64,000 nucleotides of DNA from the NCBI GenBank assembly GCA_900543215.1, contig UQQR01000005.1:18769-82768 (forward strand). Direction: 5' to 3'. Of this stretch, positions 10,057 to 20,069 are shown piece by piece; position 1 is the stretch's first letter; each line of letters starts with the position of its first letter. This DNA is from an uncultured Oscillospiraceae bacterium. GTDB taxonomy: Bacteria; Bacillota; Clostridia; Oscillospirales; Acutalibacteraceae. Made by a program: the position numbers and the translations under genes. Under the pieces are notes generated by a model. That model saw nothing but the letters and a program-made list of their open reading frames with translations, was not told where the DNA came from and ran no database searches.

Positions 10057-11190
10057 TCACTCCTCTTTAATATTGATTTTAACTCCGTTTACCTCAACGC
10101 AGTCATCGGCACGAATCATTATATATTTAACCCCGTCTATCAGCCTTGTTTTTACAAGATTACTGCACTCCGAATCCACCTTTATGCTGACCGACGGCAT
10201 ATTGACCTCCATTTTCTTCACATCAACAAGGTTTTTGGGGTTGAATGAGGTCTTCTCGCCGAAAACGGAATCGTAATTGCTTTCAAAACTTTCTATATGC
10301 TCTTCCGTTACATCACATGAACGCAAAACCTGTGAAATATCGTTTTTCGTCACGGTAACAGGCTCTCTGTCACGGTTTTCCTTATTTTCTTCGGCTATGT
10401 CGTTTATTCTATCCTGCACCGCCTGAATAACATCAAGACTGCATTCCTCGCCAACCGAGGCTTCAAGCATTTCGCAGAACGATTCCTGCTGTCTTACCGC
10501 CGGCATAGGCATATCGGCTTTGAAAAGCTTATCGGATATTTCCGAATAATCCCGAGCCGGATTTTTGGAATAAAACATAACATCGTAAATGTTGCCAGTC
10601 CTGTCGTCAAACGACGGAAACATAAAACCGAACTCCGGTGCCGAAACAGCCGAAACAGAGGTTATGCCGTGAAACGCATTGTCAAACGCCTCAAAGCTCA
10701 AAAGCGGCTTTGTCAGCTTTACGGGGCATACGCAGCAGACAAAATATCTGAACTGCTCGGACGATTCGTCGTCCTTTTTACCGTCCGATGAATATGTAAA
10801 TACATCATAGCTGTCGAACGCCAAAAGAATAAGATAATTGGTTTCTTCCCTTACCGAAGAAATAATTGCGGAATAAATCCTTTTAAGCGCTTCCTCGTCG
10901 CAAAGCGCCGAGTCCCTTAACCGCATAAGAGTCTTATGCTCCTCCCCCTCAAGCACCTGTGCGTTTGAAAAGGGTATATCTATAAGGTTTTTATCAACCG
11001 TACCGGAAAGCGTTTTTTTAAGAATTGAAAGCAGGTTCTCAGTCTCGTCCGGCGTGAGCGCGGCAAGCGGCTGCGAAAACTCCGACATTATTTCGCCCGA
11101 CGGCGTAACATAGCATCCGCAAACCTTTGTTATATTTGTTTTTTGCGGATTAAAGCGTCTTCGTATCTCCGCAATTTCTTTTTCGTTCAT
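10057..11190 (-). CDS. DUF4317-like conserved Clostridial protein
   Basis: 377 aa, acidic, cytoplasmic. It resembles the DUF4317 family common in Clostridia, recalled from memory and not verified. Confidence 0.45.
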   Translation of the reverse strand: MNEKEIAEIRRRFNPQKTNITKVCGCYVTPSGEIMSEFSQPLAALTPDETENLLSILKKTLSGTVDKNLIDIPFSNAQVLEGEEHKTLMRLRDSALCDEEALKRIYSAIISSVREETNYLILLAFDSYDVFTYSSDGKKDDESSEQFRYFVCCVCPVKLTKPLLSFEAFDNAFHGITSVSAVSAPEFGFMFPSFDDRTGNIYDVMFYSKNPARDYSEISDKLFKADMPMPAVRQQESFCEMLEASVGEECSLDVIQAVQDRINDIAEENKENRDREPVTVTKNDISQVLRSCDVTEEHIESFESNYDSVFGEKTSFNPKNLVDVKKMEVNMPSVSIKVDSECSNLVKTRLIDGVKYIMIRADDCVEVNGVKINIKEE

Positions 11191-11274
11191 TATTAATCTC
11201 CGTTCTGTTTATATTTACTATAATATCTCATTTCACGTCCGCCGTCAAGAGAGATAAAATAAAAGAAAAAACTA

Positions 11275-11303
11275 TTGACAAATTATAAGACAGGGTTTAT
11301 AAT
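11275..11303 (+). promoter_or_regulatory. sigma-70-type promoter (TTGACA-17-TATAAT)
   Basis: A perfect -35 TTGACA (11275-11280), a 17-nt spacer and a perfect -10 TATAAT (11298-11303), directly upstream of the riboswitch leader. Confidence 0.55.
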
Positions 11304-11314
11304 AATATAAAATT

Positions 11315-11500
11315 TAAGTCAGCACTTGGTAGAGGATGCGGATATGATCAGTACCCCTTAGTATAACGCCGGTAAGCGGCTATGGGGGAAAGGCTGATCC
11401 GCCGAAGTGGTCTTACGGTTGCCGCCGTTTGATTGCTGGGGTTGCGTTTAACAGACGCTGCACTGTCACTTTTATGTGGAGAGCTATCATGGCGTTTTGT
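11315..11500 (+). ncRNA. lysine riboswitch (L-box) in the 5' leader of the amino-acid ABC transporter operon
   Basis: Conserved L-box elements in order: AGAGGATGCG (P1 / AGAGGNGC), GATCAGTACC (loop-E AGUA), GGGGGAAAGG, CCGCCGAAG and GTGGAGAGCTATC. It is followed by an intrinsic terminator, and the downstream genes form a polar amino-acid importer. Confidence 0.65.
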
Positions 11501-11514
11501 TGTGTTTTATTGCA

Positions 11515-11560
11515 AAGCCTGTGATACTACTTCGTGTCACAGGCTTATTTTTAATACTTT
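11515..11560 (+). terminator. riboswitch expression-platform terminator
   Basis: AAGCCTGTGA-loop-TCACAGGCTT followed by ATTTTTAATACTTTTTT, 17 nt before the SBP start codon region. Confidence 0.6.
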
Positions 11561-11576
11561 TTTGGGAGTGTTCAAA

Positions 11577-12428
11577 ATGAAAAGAACAGCAAGAATTTTA
11601 TCGGCAATTTTATCGGTTGCACTGACTGCGGCGGTGTTCGCGGGCTGCGGCGGCAAGACCGCCGCAAAGTCGGGCGTTGAGGACGGCGTGCTTACAATCG
11701 CTATGGAATGTGCGTATGCCCCCTATAACTGGACGCAGGCCGACGACTCAAACGGCGCCGTACCGATAAAGGATTCAAAAGACTATGCAAACGGCTACGA
11801 CATTATGATGGCAAAGAAGATCTGCGAGGCAAACAACTGGAAGCTTGAGGTTGTACGCCTTGACTGGGATTCCCTTGTTCCCGCCGTTCAGACCGGCAAG
11901 GTAGACGCTACAATAGCAGGTCAGTCTATGACCGAGAAGCGTATGAAGCAGGTTGATTTTGCGGGTCCGTACATTTACGCCAGCATTGTTTGTATGGCAA
12001 AGCAGGACAGCAAGTTTGCCTCTGCCACAAAACTTTCCGATCTCGTCGGCGGCAAATGCACCTCACAGCTCGGAACAATTTGGTATGACACCTGCCTGCC
12101 CCAGATAAAGGACGCTCAGATACAGACCGCGCAGGAAACCGCACCCTCAATGCTTATGGCACTTGAGACCGGCGCTGTTGACTTTATCTGCACAGATATG
12201 CCCACAGCACAGGGCGCGCTGCTCGCTTACAGCGACCTTAAGATACTCGACCTTGAGGATAATTCGTTCAAGGTAGACGACGGCGACATCAATATCGGCA
12301 TTGCGGTTAAGAAGGGCAACACCGAGCTTAAGGACAAAATAGACAGCGTATTAAAGGATATGACTGCCGACGATTTCAATTCGATTATGGCGGAAGCCAC
12401 AAAGATTCAGCCCCTTGCTGAAAAATAA
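11577..12428 (+). CDS. polar amino-acid ABC transporter substrate-binding lipoprotein (family 3 SBP), probably lysine-specific given the L-box
   Basis: Start reassigned to MKRTARILS (RBS GGGAGTG). The ORF-track start at 11433 would lie inside the riboswitch. Lipobox LTAAVFAGCGG; SBP_bac_3-like body. Confidence 0.85.
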   Translation: MKRTARILSAILSVALTAAVFAGCGGKTAAKSGVEDGVLTIAMECAYAPYNWTQADDSNGAVPIKDSKDYANGYDIMMAKKICEANNWKLEVVRLDWDSLVPAVQTGKVDATIAGQSMTEKRMKQVDFAGPYIYASIVCMAKQDSKFASATKLSDLVGGKCTSQLGTIWYDTCLPQIKDAQIQTAQETAPSMLMALETGAVDFICTDMPTAQGALLAYSDLKILDLEDNSFKVDDGDINIGIAVKKGNTELKDKIDSVLKDMTADDFNSIMAEATKIQPLAEK

Positions 12429-12486
12429 TTAAGGCACTGAACCCCGGCTTAAGGTCGGGGTTTAAATCAAGGAACGGAGAAAAAAT

Positions 12487-13293
12487 ATGAACAAGCTTGC
12501 AGAGCTTTGGAGCGACATAGTCACCTGTTGGGGAGAAAGCTCGTCACAGTACCTCACGGGTGCGCTTAAAACATTGGAACTTGCCGTCGTCGCAACGGCT
12601 ATCGGCTGCATTATAGGTCTTGGCTGCGGTATAATTCAAACCATACCCTGCGGCAAGAACGACAATATAGTAAAACGCATATTGCTCGGAATAGTAAAGG
12701 CAATCGTAAGAATTTATGTTGAAGTGTTCAGAGGAACACCTATGATAATTCAAGCAATCTTCATTTATTACGCCCTACCCTATTTTTCGAACGGCGCCAT
12801 AAATCTTGAAGTAACCTTTGCGGCATACCTTGTTGTATCCATAAACACCGGCGCTTATATGGCGGAAACGGTGCGCGGCGGTATAATGTCCATTGATATA
12901 GGTCAGACCGAGGGCGCAAAATCCATAGGTATGAACCATTTTAAAACAATGCTTTATGTCATTCTTCCGCAGACGATACGCAACATAATTCCGCAGATAG
13001 GCAACAACCTTATAATAAATGTAAAGGATACCTCCGTAATGTTTGTTATAGGCTACGCCGAACTTTTTGCGGCTCACAAGGCAATAGTTGGCGCAAAGTA
13101 CATTTACTTCCCGTCTGCCGTCATCACCCTTACCATTTATCTTGTCATGACGGTTATATTCTCACTGCTTTTAAGACTTTGGGAGAAGAAAATGGACGGT
13201 CCCGCTAACTTTGATGTTGCAACGACCGATACATTGGCGCACACAAGCGGTACATATTCATTTGTTAAGAAGAGCGAAAGGAGAGGTAAATAA
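12487..13293 (+). CDS. amino-acid ABC transporter permease (HisM/GlnP type)
   Basis: 268 aa polytopic protein with an EAA-like loop region. It sits between the SBP and ATPase genes. Confidence 0.85.
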   Translation: MNKLAELWSDIVTCWGESSSQYLTGALKTLELAVVATAIGCIIGLGCGIIQTIPCGKNDNIVKRILLGIVKAIVRIYVEVFRGTPMIIQAIFIYYALPYFSNGAINLEVTFAAYLVVSINTGAYMAETVRGGIMSIDIGQTEGAKSIGMNHFKTMLYVILPQTIRNIIPQIGNNLIINVKDTSVMFVIGYAELFAAHKAIVGAKYIYFPSAVITLTIYLVMTVIFSLLLRLWEKKMDGPANFDVATTDTLAHTSGTYSFVKKSERRGK

Positions 13294-14033
13294 TGTCAGA
13301 ACCGATTTTACAGGTAAACCACCTTTCCAAAACCTTCGGCAAGCACGAGGTGCTTAGGGACATTGATTTCTCGGTAAACTCAGGAGATGTCACCAGTATA
13401 ATAGGAGCGTCGGGTTCGGGTAAATCCACACTTCTCCGCTGTATAAATCTGCTTGAAACGCCGACCTCGGGCGAAGTGCTGTATCACGGCACGAACATAG
13501 ATAAGCTTAAGGGCGGCGCTAGCGCATACCGCTCCCATGTGGGAATGGTGTTCCAGTCCTTTAACCTTTTTAATAATATGACCGCGCTTAAAAATTGTAT
13601 GATAGGTCAGACAAAGGTTCTGGGCAAATCAAAGGCAGAGGCTAAAAAGGCGGCTTTACACTACCTCGGAAAGGTCGGTATGGCGCCTTACATAAACGCA
13701 AAGCCGTCCCAGCTTTCGGGCGGACAAAAGCAGCGCGTCGCAATAGCCCGCGCGCTTGCTATGAACCCTGAGGTGCTTTTGTTCGACGAGCCTACAAGCG
13801 CGCTCGATCCGCAAATGGTGGGCGAAGTGCTTGAGGTTATGCGCAATCTTGCAAAGGAAGGACTTACTATGATAGTAGTTACCCACGAAATGGCCTTTGC
13901 AAGGGATGTATCCTCAAGGGTAGTCTTTATGGCTGACGGCGTTATCTGCGAAGAGGGTGCGCCGACGGATATATTTGAAAACCCGAAAAACGAAAAAACA
14001 AAAGAATTTTTATCCCGTTTCCTTTCAAAATAA
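13293..14033 (+). CDS. amino-acid ABC transporter ATP-binding protein (GlnQ-like)
   Basis: Walker [10 protein letters not shown], signature [15 protein letters not shown], Walker [16 protein letters not shown] overlap with the permease gene. Confidence 0.9.
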   Translation: MSEPILQVNHLSKTFGKHEVLRDIDFSVNSGDVTSIIGASGSGKSTLLRCINLLETPTSGEVLYHGTNIDKLKGGASAYRSHVGMVFQSFNLFNNMTALKNCMIGQTKVLGKSKAEAKKAALHYLGKVGMAPYINAKPSQLSGGQKQRVAIARALAMNPEVLLFDEPTSALDPQMVGEVLEVMRNLAKEGLTMIVVTHEMAFARDVSSRVVFMADGVICEEGAPTDIFENPKNEKTKEFLSRFLSK

Positions 14034-14402
14034 GCAAAAACCCACACCGCAAAAGCGTAATGCTCTTAAAGGAGAATTACGCAAACCGAGTAGGAACAAA
14101 CAAAACACCGGCCATCATTACAATGGTCGGTGTCAGTCTGTCGATAAACCCCAAGTTTTATTTTTGCGGCGTTTACGCCGCATTTACGTTTTTTCGCTGA
14201 CACGTGCGGCGAAAAAACACCTTGTAAGCGAAAAACCGCTTATTCAGCGGTTTTTCAAGGGCACTGGGGTGGTATTGGCGGGGATAGAGTACAGTCCGAA
14301 AATCTCTGATTTTCGAGCGAACGGCATTCCCGTCCAAGAGCGTGTCGACTTTTTCGACACGCTCACACCGGCCATCATTACAATGGTCGGTGTTTTTGTG
14401 CA
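14034..14402. repeat. hairpin-dense intergenic block with a duplicated 29-bp palindromic unit
   Basis: ACACCGGCCATCATTACAATGGTCGGTGT occurs at 14105-14133 and 14365-14393. Additional perfect hairpins are GCGGCGTTTACGCCGC (14166), GAAAAACCGCTTATTCAGCGGTTTTTC (14231) and GAGCGTGTCGACTTTTTCGACACGCTC (14338). ORF 13957-14445 across it is low-complexity and judged spurious. Confidence 0.5.
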
Positions 14403-15257
14403 TTATTTGTTTCGCTCACCTCTAAATTCATCAATTAAGGTTTGAAATTCAGTAGCGCTCATCTTTACATACATTTTTTGAACATACTCATAAAGGAATC
14501 TCGAAACTTTTTTATAAGACAATTTACAGCAGCGCATCACCTCGAACCGATGTTTCCGTCTTAACTTTTTGTCATCAGTTTCTTTAAATCCCATGCGCAG
14601 AAAAAGGATTTCATATTTCGAATATACGGCAAAAAAATACGCAACTGGTAAATATAAGGTTGAAAGCACTATGGGTAAAGCCAAACCAACTATGATATCA
14701 ATAAATTGAATACTACCAATTGAGTTGATAGCCGATATTATTGTAAGAGCAAGTATTCCCAAACCCAAAATGCCAACAAGACCATCAATGATTTTTTTTA
14801 CTTTTTCGGTCTTTTTAATTAGTGTTGATTGGAGAATCATAAAAATTACTAAAAGGGGCTGTAGTATCAGTTCGAGTATGATATGGAATGTAAACGTACC
14901 CGTAAAAAATTCCACTAATGCTACAAATTTTAAATTATCAATTATTATATTCCTAAAATAATGCTTTTCCATTTCTCTGCTCGCCGCATTAAAGCAAACA
15001 GGAACTCCAGCAAATAGAGTCCAAAAGATAATATCCTTAATATATACCCAATCCCAAAATGGCAAAAATGTACATACCCAAGTAAAAACTGCAGCAAATG
15101 ATATTACAATCAAAAATGGAACGATAAGTTTTATTTTACACGCAGCCTTAATAACTGGTACCACGATAGATTTTGCTTTTTTGTGTATGAGCAGATAGAT
15201 TAGTAAACCTATTGCATAAACAAAAATTGCAACTTCGCGCGTTGAAAAAAACCACAT
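14403..15257 (-). CDS. multi-pass membrane protein of unknown function (about 7 TM, basic C-terminal tail), AT-rich
   Basis: 284 aa with hydrophobic segments throughout, about 30% GC versus about 50% in flanking host genes. Co-oriented with the upstream gene, separated by 10 bp. Confidence 0.6.
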   Translation of the reverse strand: MWFFSTREVAIFVYAIGLLIYLLIHKKAKSIVVPVIKAACKIKLIVPFLIVISFAAVFTWVCTFLPFWDWVYIKDIIFWTLFAGVPVCFNAASREMEKHYFRNIIIDNLKFVALVEFFTGTFTFHIILELILQPLLVIFMILQSTLIKKTEKVKKIIDGLVGILGLGILALTIISAINSIGSIQFIDIIVGLALPIVLSTLYLPVAYFFAVYSKYEILFLRMGFKETDDKKLRRKHRFEVMRCCKLSYKKVSRFLYEYVQKMYVKMSATEFQTLIDEFRGERNK

Positions 15258-15266
15258 ATTTATCTA

Positions 15267-16160
15267 TCACCCTCTTTTTTTAAGTGCGGATAATACTGCA
15301 TTGTCCGAAACGGCATCTAAATATAGTGACATTGGAAATAAAAGATGTGCCTTATTTGAATATGACGGAAAATTCATTGCAAAATTCACACTACAAGGGA
15401 CACCTACAGAAAGGCTATAATCTTTTGCTGGCAACCCCTTTATGATATCTTGTTCAATTTCTTCAAGTTCTTTTTCATATCTTTGAATTTTTAAATTCTT
15501 AAAATTACTAATGTCATTCTCCAATTTTGATATCCAGTTTTTAAATTCTCTTATAGATGGATCTTGCGACCATTCTTTTGCAATTTCTATCATTTGTTTA
15601 AATGAAGATGATTGTCTATTTATTGAAGAAAAAATAATATTTGGATTGAATGTTAAGTTTGCTTTGCGGATAGAATCATTTAAATCGGCATAATAGTTGA
15701 AAACATCTTTATCAAGTGCATGTATAGCATCATGTCGGTTGTAGTACTGTTTGAATTCGAAATATAAGTCATTTTCTTTTACAAATTTAGCTCTTTCATC
15801 AAAAGGCATATAACTTATATTGCAATGATTGGCAATATTCATATATTCCAATGCTCCCTTTGCAACCAAAGAGGTGTATTTGCTGCAGAATTCTTTATAA
15901 TAATTGAATTCTGCTTTTTGTAAAGAGTCACCAGTATTTTGAAGCGATATAGATTTTAGCAAATCCTTTATATCAATATCATCAATCATAGAATGATTTT
16001 GCCAATATGTCGAAAAGCCATTCTCGAAATAATATATATCATCCCATAACACTAAAATTTCGATAAATGCAATTACTTCAGGTGAAAAGTCTGTGCTTTC
16101 ATCGTTAATACATTGAGTAATTCTCTCTATAGTCCAATTATCAAGCAATATTCCAGTCAT
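15267..16160 (-). CDS. hypothetical cytoplasmic protein (no recognisable domain), AT-rich
   Basis: 297 aa ORF with RBS GAGGTGA upstream of the ATG at 16160. First gene of a two-gene low-GC cassette. Confidence 0.6.
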   Translation of the reverse strand: MTGILLDNWTIERITQCINDESTDFSPEVIAFIEILVLWDDIYYFENGFSTYWQNHSMIDDIDIKDLLKSISLQNTGDSLQKAEFNYYKEFCSKYTSLVAKGALEYMNIANHCNISYMPFDERAKFVKENDLYFEFKQYYNRHDAIHALDKDVFNYYADLNDSIRKANLTFNPNIIFSSINRQSSSFKQMIEIAKEWSQDPSIREFKNWISKLENDISNFKNLKIQRYEKELEEIEQDIIKGLPAKDYSLSVGVPCSVNFAMNFPSYSNKAHLLFPMSLYLDAVSDNAVLSALKKRG

Positions 16161-16590
16161 TTAATCACCTCTTCATATTTTCCTTTATTATATCATAAAA
16201 CTGCTAATGAGCAAAGTAAATTGTCGATTAATGTACGGTTTAATAGCAAAAATCAAACCACCTTAAACAGGCTGCTTTAATAAGAATTTTGTATGTCCCA
16301 TGAAAAAAGCCGATTGACGAGTGCAAAAGTAAGCAGCACAGGATCAAGAAAATCCTGTGCTGTTTGCTTTATCCGGCGTGTCCGAACAACTCAAGGCCAA
16401 TCACCAAATGGAGTGGGTTGCTCGAATGAATAACATCCACAGTAGATCACGGAAATTGTAAATAATGATTTGATACTAATATAAGCGAACAGAGCGGGCG
16501 CTCGGCCTCGCTCTGTTCGAGACTTCTTTAGATATTGTGTAAACCTCCAAGAAGGTATAAAATAGAAATAACAAATCGGAGGTTATAATT

Positions 16591-18113
16591 ATGCCAAGGT
16601 ACAAAGACAGCCCGGAGGTACGGGCAGCAAAACAGGAACGGAGAGAGAAATTGCGGGAGTTGCTCGCGCTGATGGAGGTAGAGGATGTCCGAGACCTGAA
16701 ATCCGTATTTAAGGAAATGGTCGGCGAGGTTCTCGAAAACGGACTTGAAGCGGAGCTTGACGATAAGCTAGGTTAGACAATACAATCAGGATACAATACT
16801 TTTTTGAAGAAACGGCGCCGTTATCGGCATTGTTGCCCTCCGCTCACAATACGTCAGTATTCTTCGGTCAGGCGCCGCGCCGATAAACAGCACCGTTTTT
16901 TTACAAAATCCCTGACCCATAGCGAGAAAATTTTTTTGTTTATGAAGTCGAGGAATGCAGGCATACCGGCGTATTTCAAATGACGAGGCAATATAAACAG
17001 ATAAATTTTCCGCTATGGGAAGCATTGTACCCTGATTGTATTGTCTACACCAAGTACGATTACCGAAATAAAGACACCGACAACAGCCGAAACGGTCATA
17101 GCGTAAAGACTGTTAAAACAAGTGCGGGCGAAGTGGAAATAGCCGTTCCGCGAGACAGGAAATCCGAATTTGAACCGCCGATCATCAGGAAAAACGAAAC
17201 ATCAATAAGCTGGGATATTGAAGAAAAGATCATTTCAATGTACGCCAAAGGTATGACCACCAACGATATTTCGGCACATATTGAGGATATTTACGGAATA
17301 GAGGTATCGGACAGTCTTGTAAGCCGAATAACGGATAAAATACTTCCGGTAGTGAAGGAATGGCAGCAGAGACCGCTTGAAGGCATCTATGCGGTAGTTT
17401 TTATGGACGCAATTCATTACAATGTACGCTGTGAGGGCAGAATTGTAAAGAAAGCCGTATACATAGCAATCGGCATAAATATGGACGGGAAGAAAGATGT
17501 TCTCGGTATGTATGTCGGGGAGAATGAAAGCGCAAGGTATTGGCTTTCAATACTTAACGGGCTGAAAAACAGAGGTGTTGAGGATATTTTAATTGCCTGT
17601 GTCGACGGCCTTACGGGTTTCCCCGAGGCAATATCCGCCGTATATCCGAAAACCGAAGTACAGCAATGTATTATACATTAAATCCGTAACAGCACAAAGT
17701 ATGTTTCATACAAGGATATTAAAGCTCTAATGGCGGATTTAAAGGAGGTTTACGCCGCCGTAGACGAGGAAACGGCGCTTTACGAATTAGAGCAGTTTGC
17801 GGCCAAATGGGACTCAAAATATCCTAAAATTTCGGCTTCATGGAAGGCTCATTGGTTTGAACTTTCAACCTATTTTAAGTATCCGCAATCGGTAAGAACG
17901 CTGATCTACACCACCAATTCCATTGAAAATTTTAACAGGCAGCTGCGGAAGGTTTCAAAAAACAGGTCGGTATTCCCGAACGATGACAGCCTGCTTAAAA
18001 TGCTCTACTTGGCTCAGGTAGACATTACAAGAAAATGGACCGGCAGACGCAGGGACCAAAGTGAGATTCATTCTCAGCTTGAAATATTCTTTGCCGACAG
18101 ACTGCCGGAGTAG
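16591..18113 (+). pseudogene. IS256-family transposase, disrupted by a 270-bp insertion and a CAA>TAA nonsense codon
   Basis: Three ORFs (16591-16776, 16980-17681, 17730-18113) concatenate to a full IS256 Tpase: ...LEAELDDKLG|YTKYDYRNKDTDNSRNGH... and ...QQCIIH*IRNSTKYVSYKD.... The in-frame TAA at 17682-17684 sits where family members have Gln (CIVHQIRNS). Confidence 0.8.
16776..17045. mobile_element. MITE-like 270-bp element with perfect 15-17-bp terminal inverted repeats and a TA target duplication, inserted in the transposase gene
   Basis: TIRs TAGACAATACAATCAGG (16774-16790) and CCTGATTGTATTGTCTA (17031-17047). Removing 16776-17045 and keeping one TA restores the reading frame ...GAT AAG CTA GGT TAC ACC AAG (DKLGYTK). 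Confidence 0.55.
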
Positions 18114-18308
18114 CAGAAATTCACAGCCATGTAAAGGGTAAAATGAACGGCTGCCACGACAGCCGCCCTTGACATGCCTTGCTCTTTCTGCTATTATGCA
18201 AATATGGCGTGCAAGCCGATTTTCGCCTTTCACGCCATCTATCACTTTGCTTTTTTATACCGTAATTTGGACTTTACACATAATTTGAAGAAGAACTAGG
18301 AGGAACCT

Positions 18309-20069
18309 GTGAAATATCTTAAAAATTCTTGTTGGCTTTTAGCCTTACTATGGAAACAAAATAAACCTATTTATTTTTGCTTTATTTCAGAAATACTATT
18401 AAATGTATTGCTGAATACAATAGGAATTGCAATCATTAATTATTTAATACAATATCTTTCCGACAGTGAATATCAATCGGCATTTATAGCGGTGCTGATT
18501 TTATGCTTAAGCACTCTTGTTCTAAATACATTAGTATCATTTCTTCAATACAAAAAACAGGGCTATTTAAACTCGTTTAATGTGTTTATAAAATGTATGC
18601 TGACAGACAGCACACTATCCACAAATTTCGATAACTTTGAAAAATGCGATTTCAGAGAACAGTATCAATTTGCAACAAAATGCGTCACAAGCGGTAATAT
18701 TCAAAATATAATTAATGCAGTGTGCAGCTTTGTTACATATATTCTATCGTTTATTACGCTTTCTTCAATCATTTCATATGTTGTGTGGTGGTTGTGGATT
18801 ATTATTCTTTCAAGCACTATTATTAATATAATTTGTGAATTTCATCGTGCAAACATTAATTTTGAAAGCGAGAAATCTCAAAACAGCGTTGAAATTAAAA
18901 TGCTGTATTCGAGAGATCGACTTACTTGGAAATTATTTGCCAAAGAAGTAAGACTGTTTGATATGTTCTCGTATGTTTCTAATCAAGTAAATAAGTATAT
19001 TAATTTATTGTCAAAATTGCAGGACAAGCGAGCTAATAAAATCTTTAAAGCTTTATGGTGGACATATTTGTTTAACGGTATTTTAATGTTGGCGGTATAT
19101 CTTTATGTTTCGTATAAATGCTATACTGGGGTATTTGAATTATCGCAGTTTTCAACTCTTATTTTATCAATTTTATCTATAAATCAAATGGCTTCCGGTA
19201 TTTCTGGCAGTATTCTTTCGATAAAGGAAAACGGTCTTTACATAAGCACATTTATTGATTTTATCAATAACCATAAGCAAAGTGACGAAACAAGCAGAAT
19301 TGATAAGTGCAGGTTTAATACTATCAGTTTCGAAGATGTTAGCTTTAAATATGACGGTGAAAATAATTTTGCATTAAAAAATATATCTTTGACTCTTTCG
19401 GCGGGTAAAAAGTACGGAATTGTCGGCAAAAACGGCTCAGGTAAGACCACTTTCACCAATTTATTGATGGGACTTTATTCGCCGACCGAGGGTGTTGTAA
19501 AAGTTGACGGAAAAAACATCAGCGAAATAAATCCTAATGAGTATATGAAGTATTTTTCGCCTATTTTTCAAAATTATAATATGTATGCCTATGATGTGAA
19601 AGAAAATATATCTATGAATGCTTGCTATGACATTTCAAGGGTGTGCAATTTGTTAAACAAGGTTAATTTTGCTGATAATGACTGCACTCAGTTTGCTGAT
19701 AAGTTTATAACAAAAGAGTATTCGCCGGACGGAATAGAATTTTCCGGCGGTCAGGAACAAAAAATCGCCATTGCCCGTGCATTATATAAAGATGCACCTA
19801 TCTTTGTTTTGGACGAACCATCTTCTGCTCTTTCTCCTAAAAGTGAGTTGGAGCTTTATGAATTGGTTAATAAGCAGCTAAAGGATAAAACAACATTTTT
19901 CGTTTCACACAGAATGGCAAGCTGTATATTATGCGATGAAATTTTAGTATTCGATAACGGCGAAATTGTGGAAAAAGGCAGTCACAGCGAGCTTATGTCA
20001 AATAACGGATTGTACCACAAGATGTTCACATCGCAAAGGAAGCTGTTTTCAGAGGTGAGAGAATCATGA
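18309..20069 (+). CDS. ABC exporter half-transporter (TMD-NBD fusion), subunit 1
   Basis: 586 aa; 6-TM N-terminal domain, Walker A GKNGSGKTT, signature FSGGQEQKIAIARAL, Walker B IFVLDEPSSAL. GTG start 5 nt after an AGGAGG that overlaps the IS256 right end. About 30% GC. Confidence 0.85.
   Translation: MKYLKNSCWLLALLWKQNKPIYFCFISEILLNVLLNTIGIAIINYLIQYLSDSEYQSAFIAVLILCLSTLVLNTLVSFLQYKKQGYLNSFNVFIKCMLTDSTLSTNFDNFEKCDFREQYQFATKCVTSGNIQNIINAVCSFVTYILSFITLSSIISYVVWWLWIIILSSTIINIICEFHRANINFESEKSQNSVEIKMLYSRDRLTWKLFAKEVRLFDMFSYVSNQVNKYINLLSKLQDKRANKIFKALWWTYLFNGILMLAVYLYVSYKCYTGVFELSQFSTLILSILSINQMASGISGSILSIKENGLYISTFIDFINNHKQSDETSRIDKCRFNTISFEDVSFKYDGENNFALKNISLTLSAGKKYGIVGKNGSGKTTFTNLLMGLYSPTEGVVKVDGKNISEINPNEYMKYFSPIFQNYNMYAYDVKENISMNACYDISRVCNLLNKVNFADNDCTQFADKFITKEYSPDGIEFSGGQEQKIAIARALYKDAPIFVLDEPSSALSPKSELELYELVNKQLKDKTTFFVSHRMASCILCDEILVFDNGEIVEKGSHSELMSNNGLYHKMFTSQRKLFSEVRES

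Larger units (their letters stand above)
16521..18296 (+). mobile_element. IS256-family insertion sequence, copy A (defective)
   Basis: Imperfect terminal inverted repeats (left CTTCTTTAGATATTGTGTAAACCTCC, right rc CTTCTTCAAATTATGTGTAAAGTCC). Near-identical to copy B at 22549-24323, offset 6027 bp. Confidence 0.8.

Noticed and set aside
11320-11500. T-box or S-box leader as alternative riboswitch class
   Set aside because: There is no T-box consensus (AGGGTGGNACCGCG) and no SAM-I motifs. The conserved blocks instead match the lysine riboswitch.
13957-14445. 162-aa Lys/Arg-rich ORF spanning the hairpin-dense spacer
   Set aside because: It runs through perfect palindromes and the duplicated 29-mer, has a low-complexity basic composition, and has no RBS. 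It is most likely non-coding.
16290-16520. Possible truncated gene or tRNA remnant next to the IS256-A left end
   Set aside because: No ORF of any length was found in six frames, and there is no tRNA-like structure. Only two hairpins are present (16335-16363; 16486-16520), which are probably terminators.
16786-17025. 79-aa minus-strand ORF inside the 270-bp miniature element
   Set aside because: It is entirely within the TIR-bounded insertion, with no RBS. Its only coding support is that it is duplicated verbatim in copy B, which reflects element identity rather than selection.
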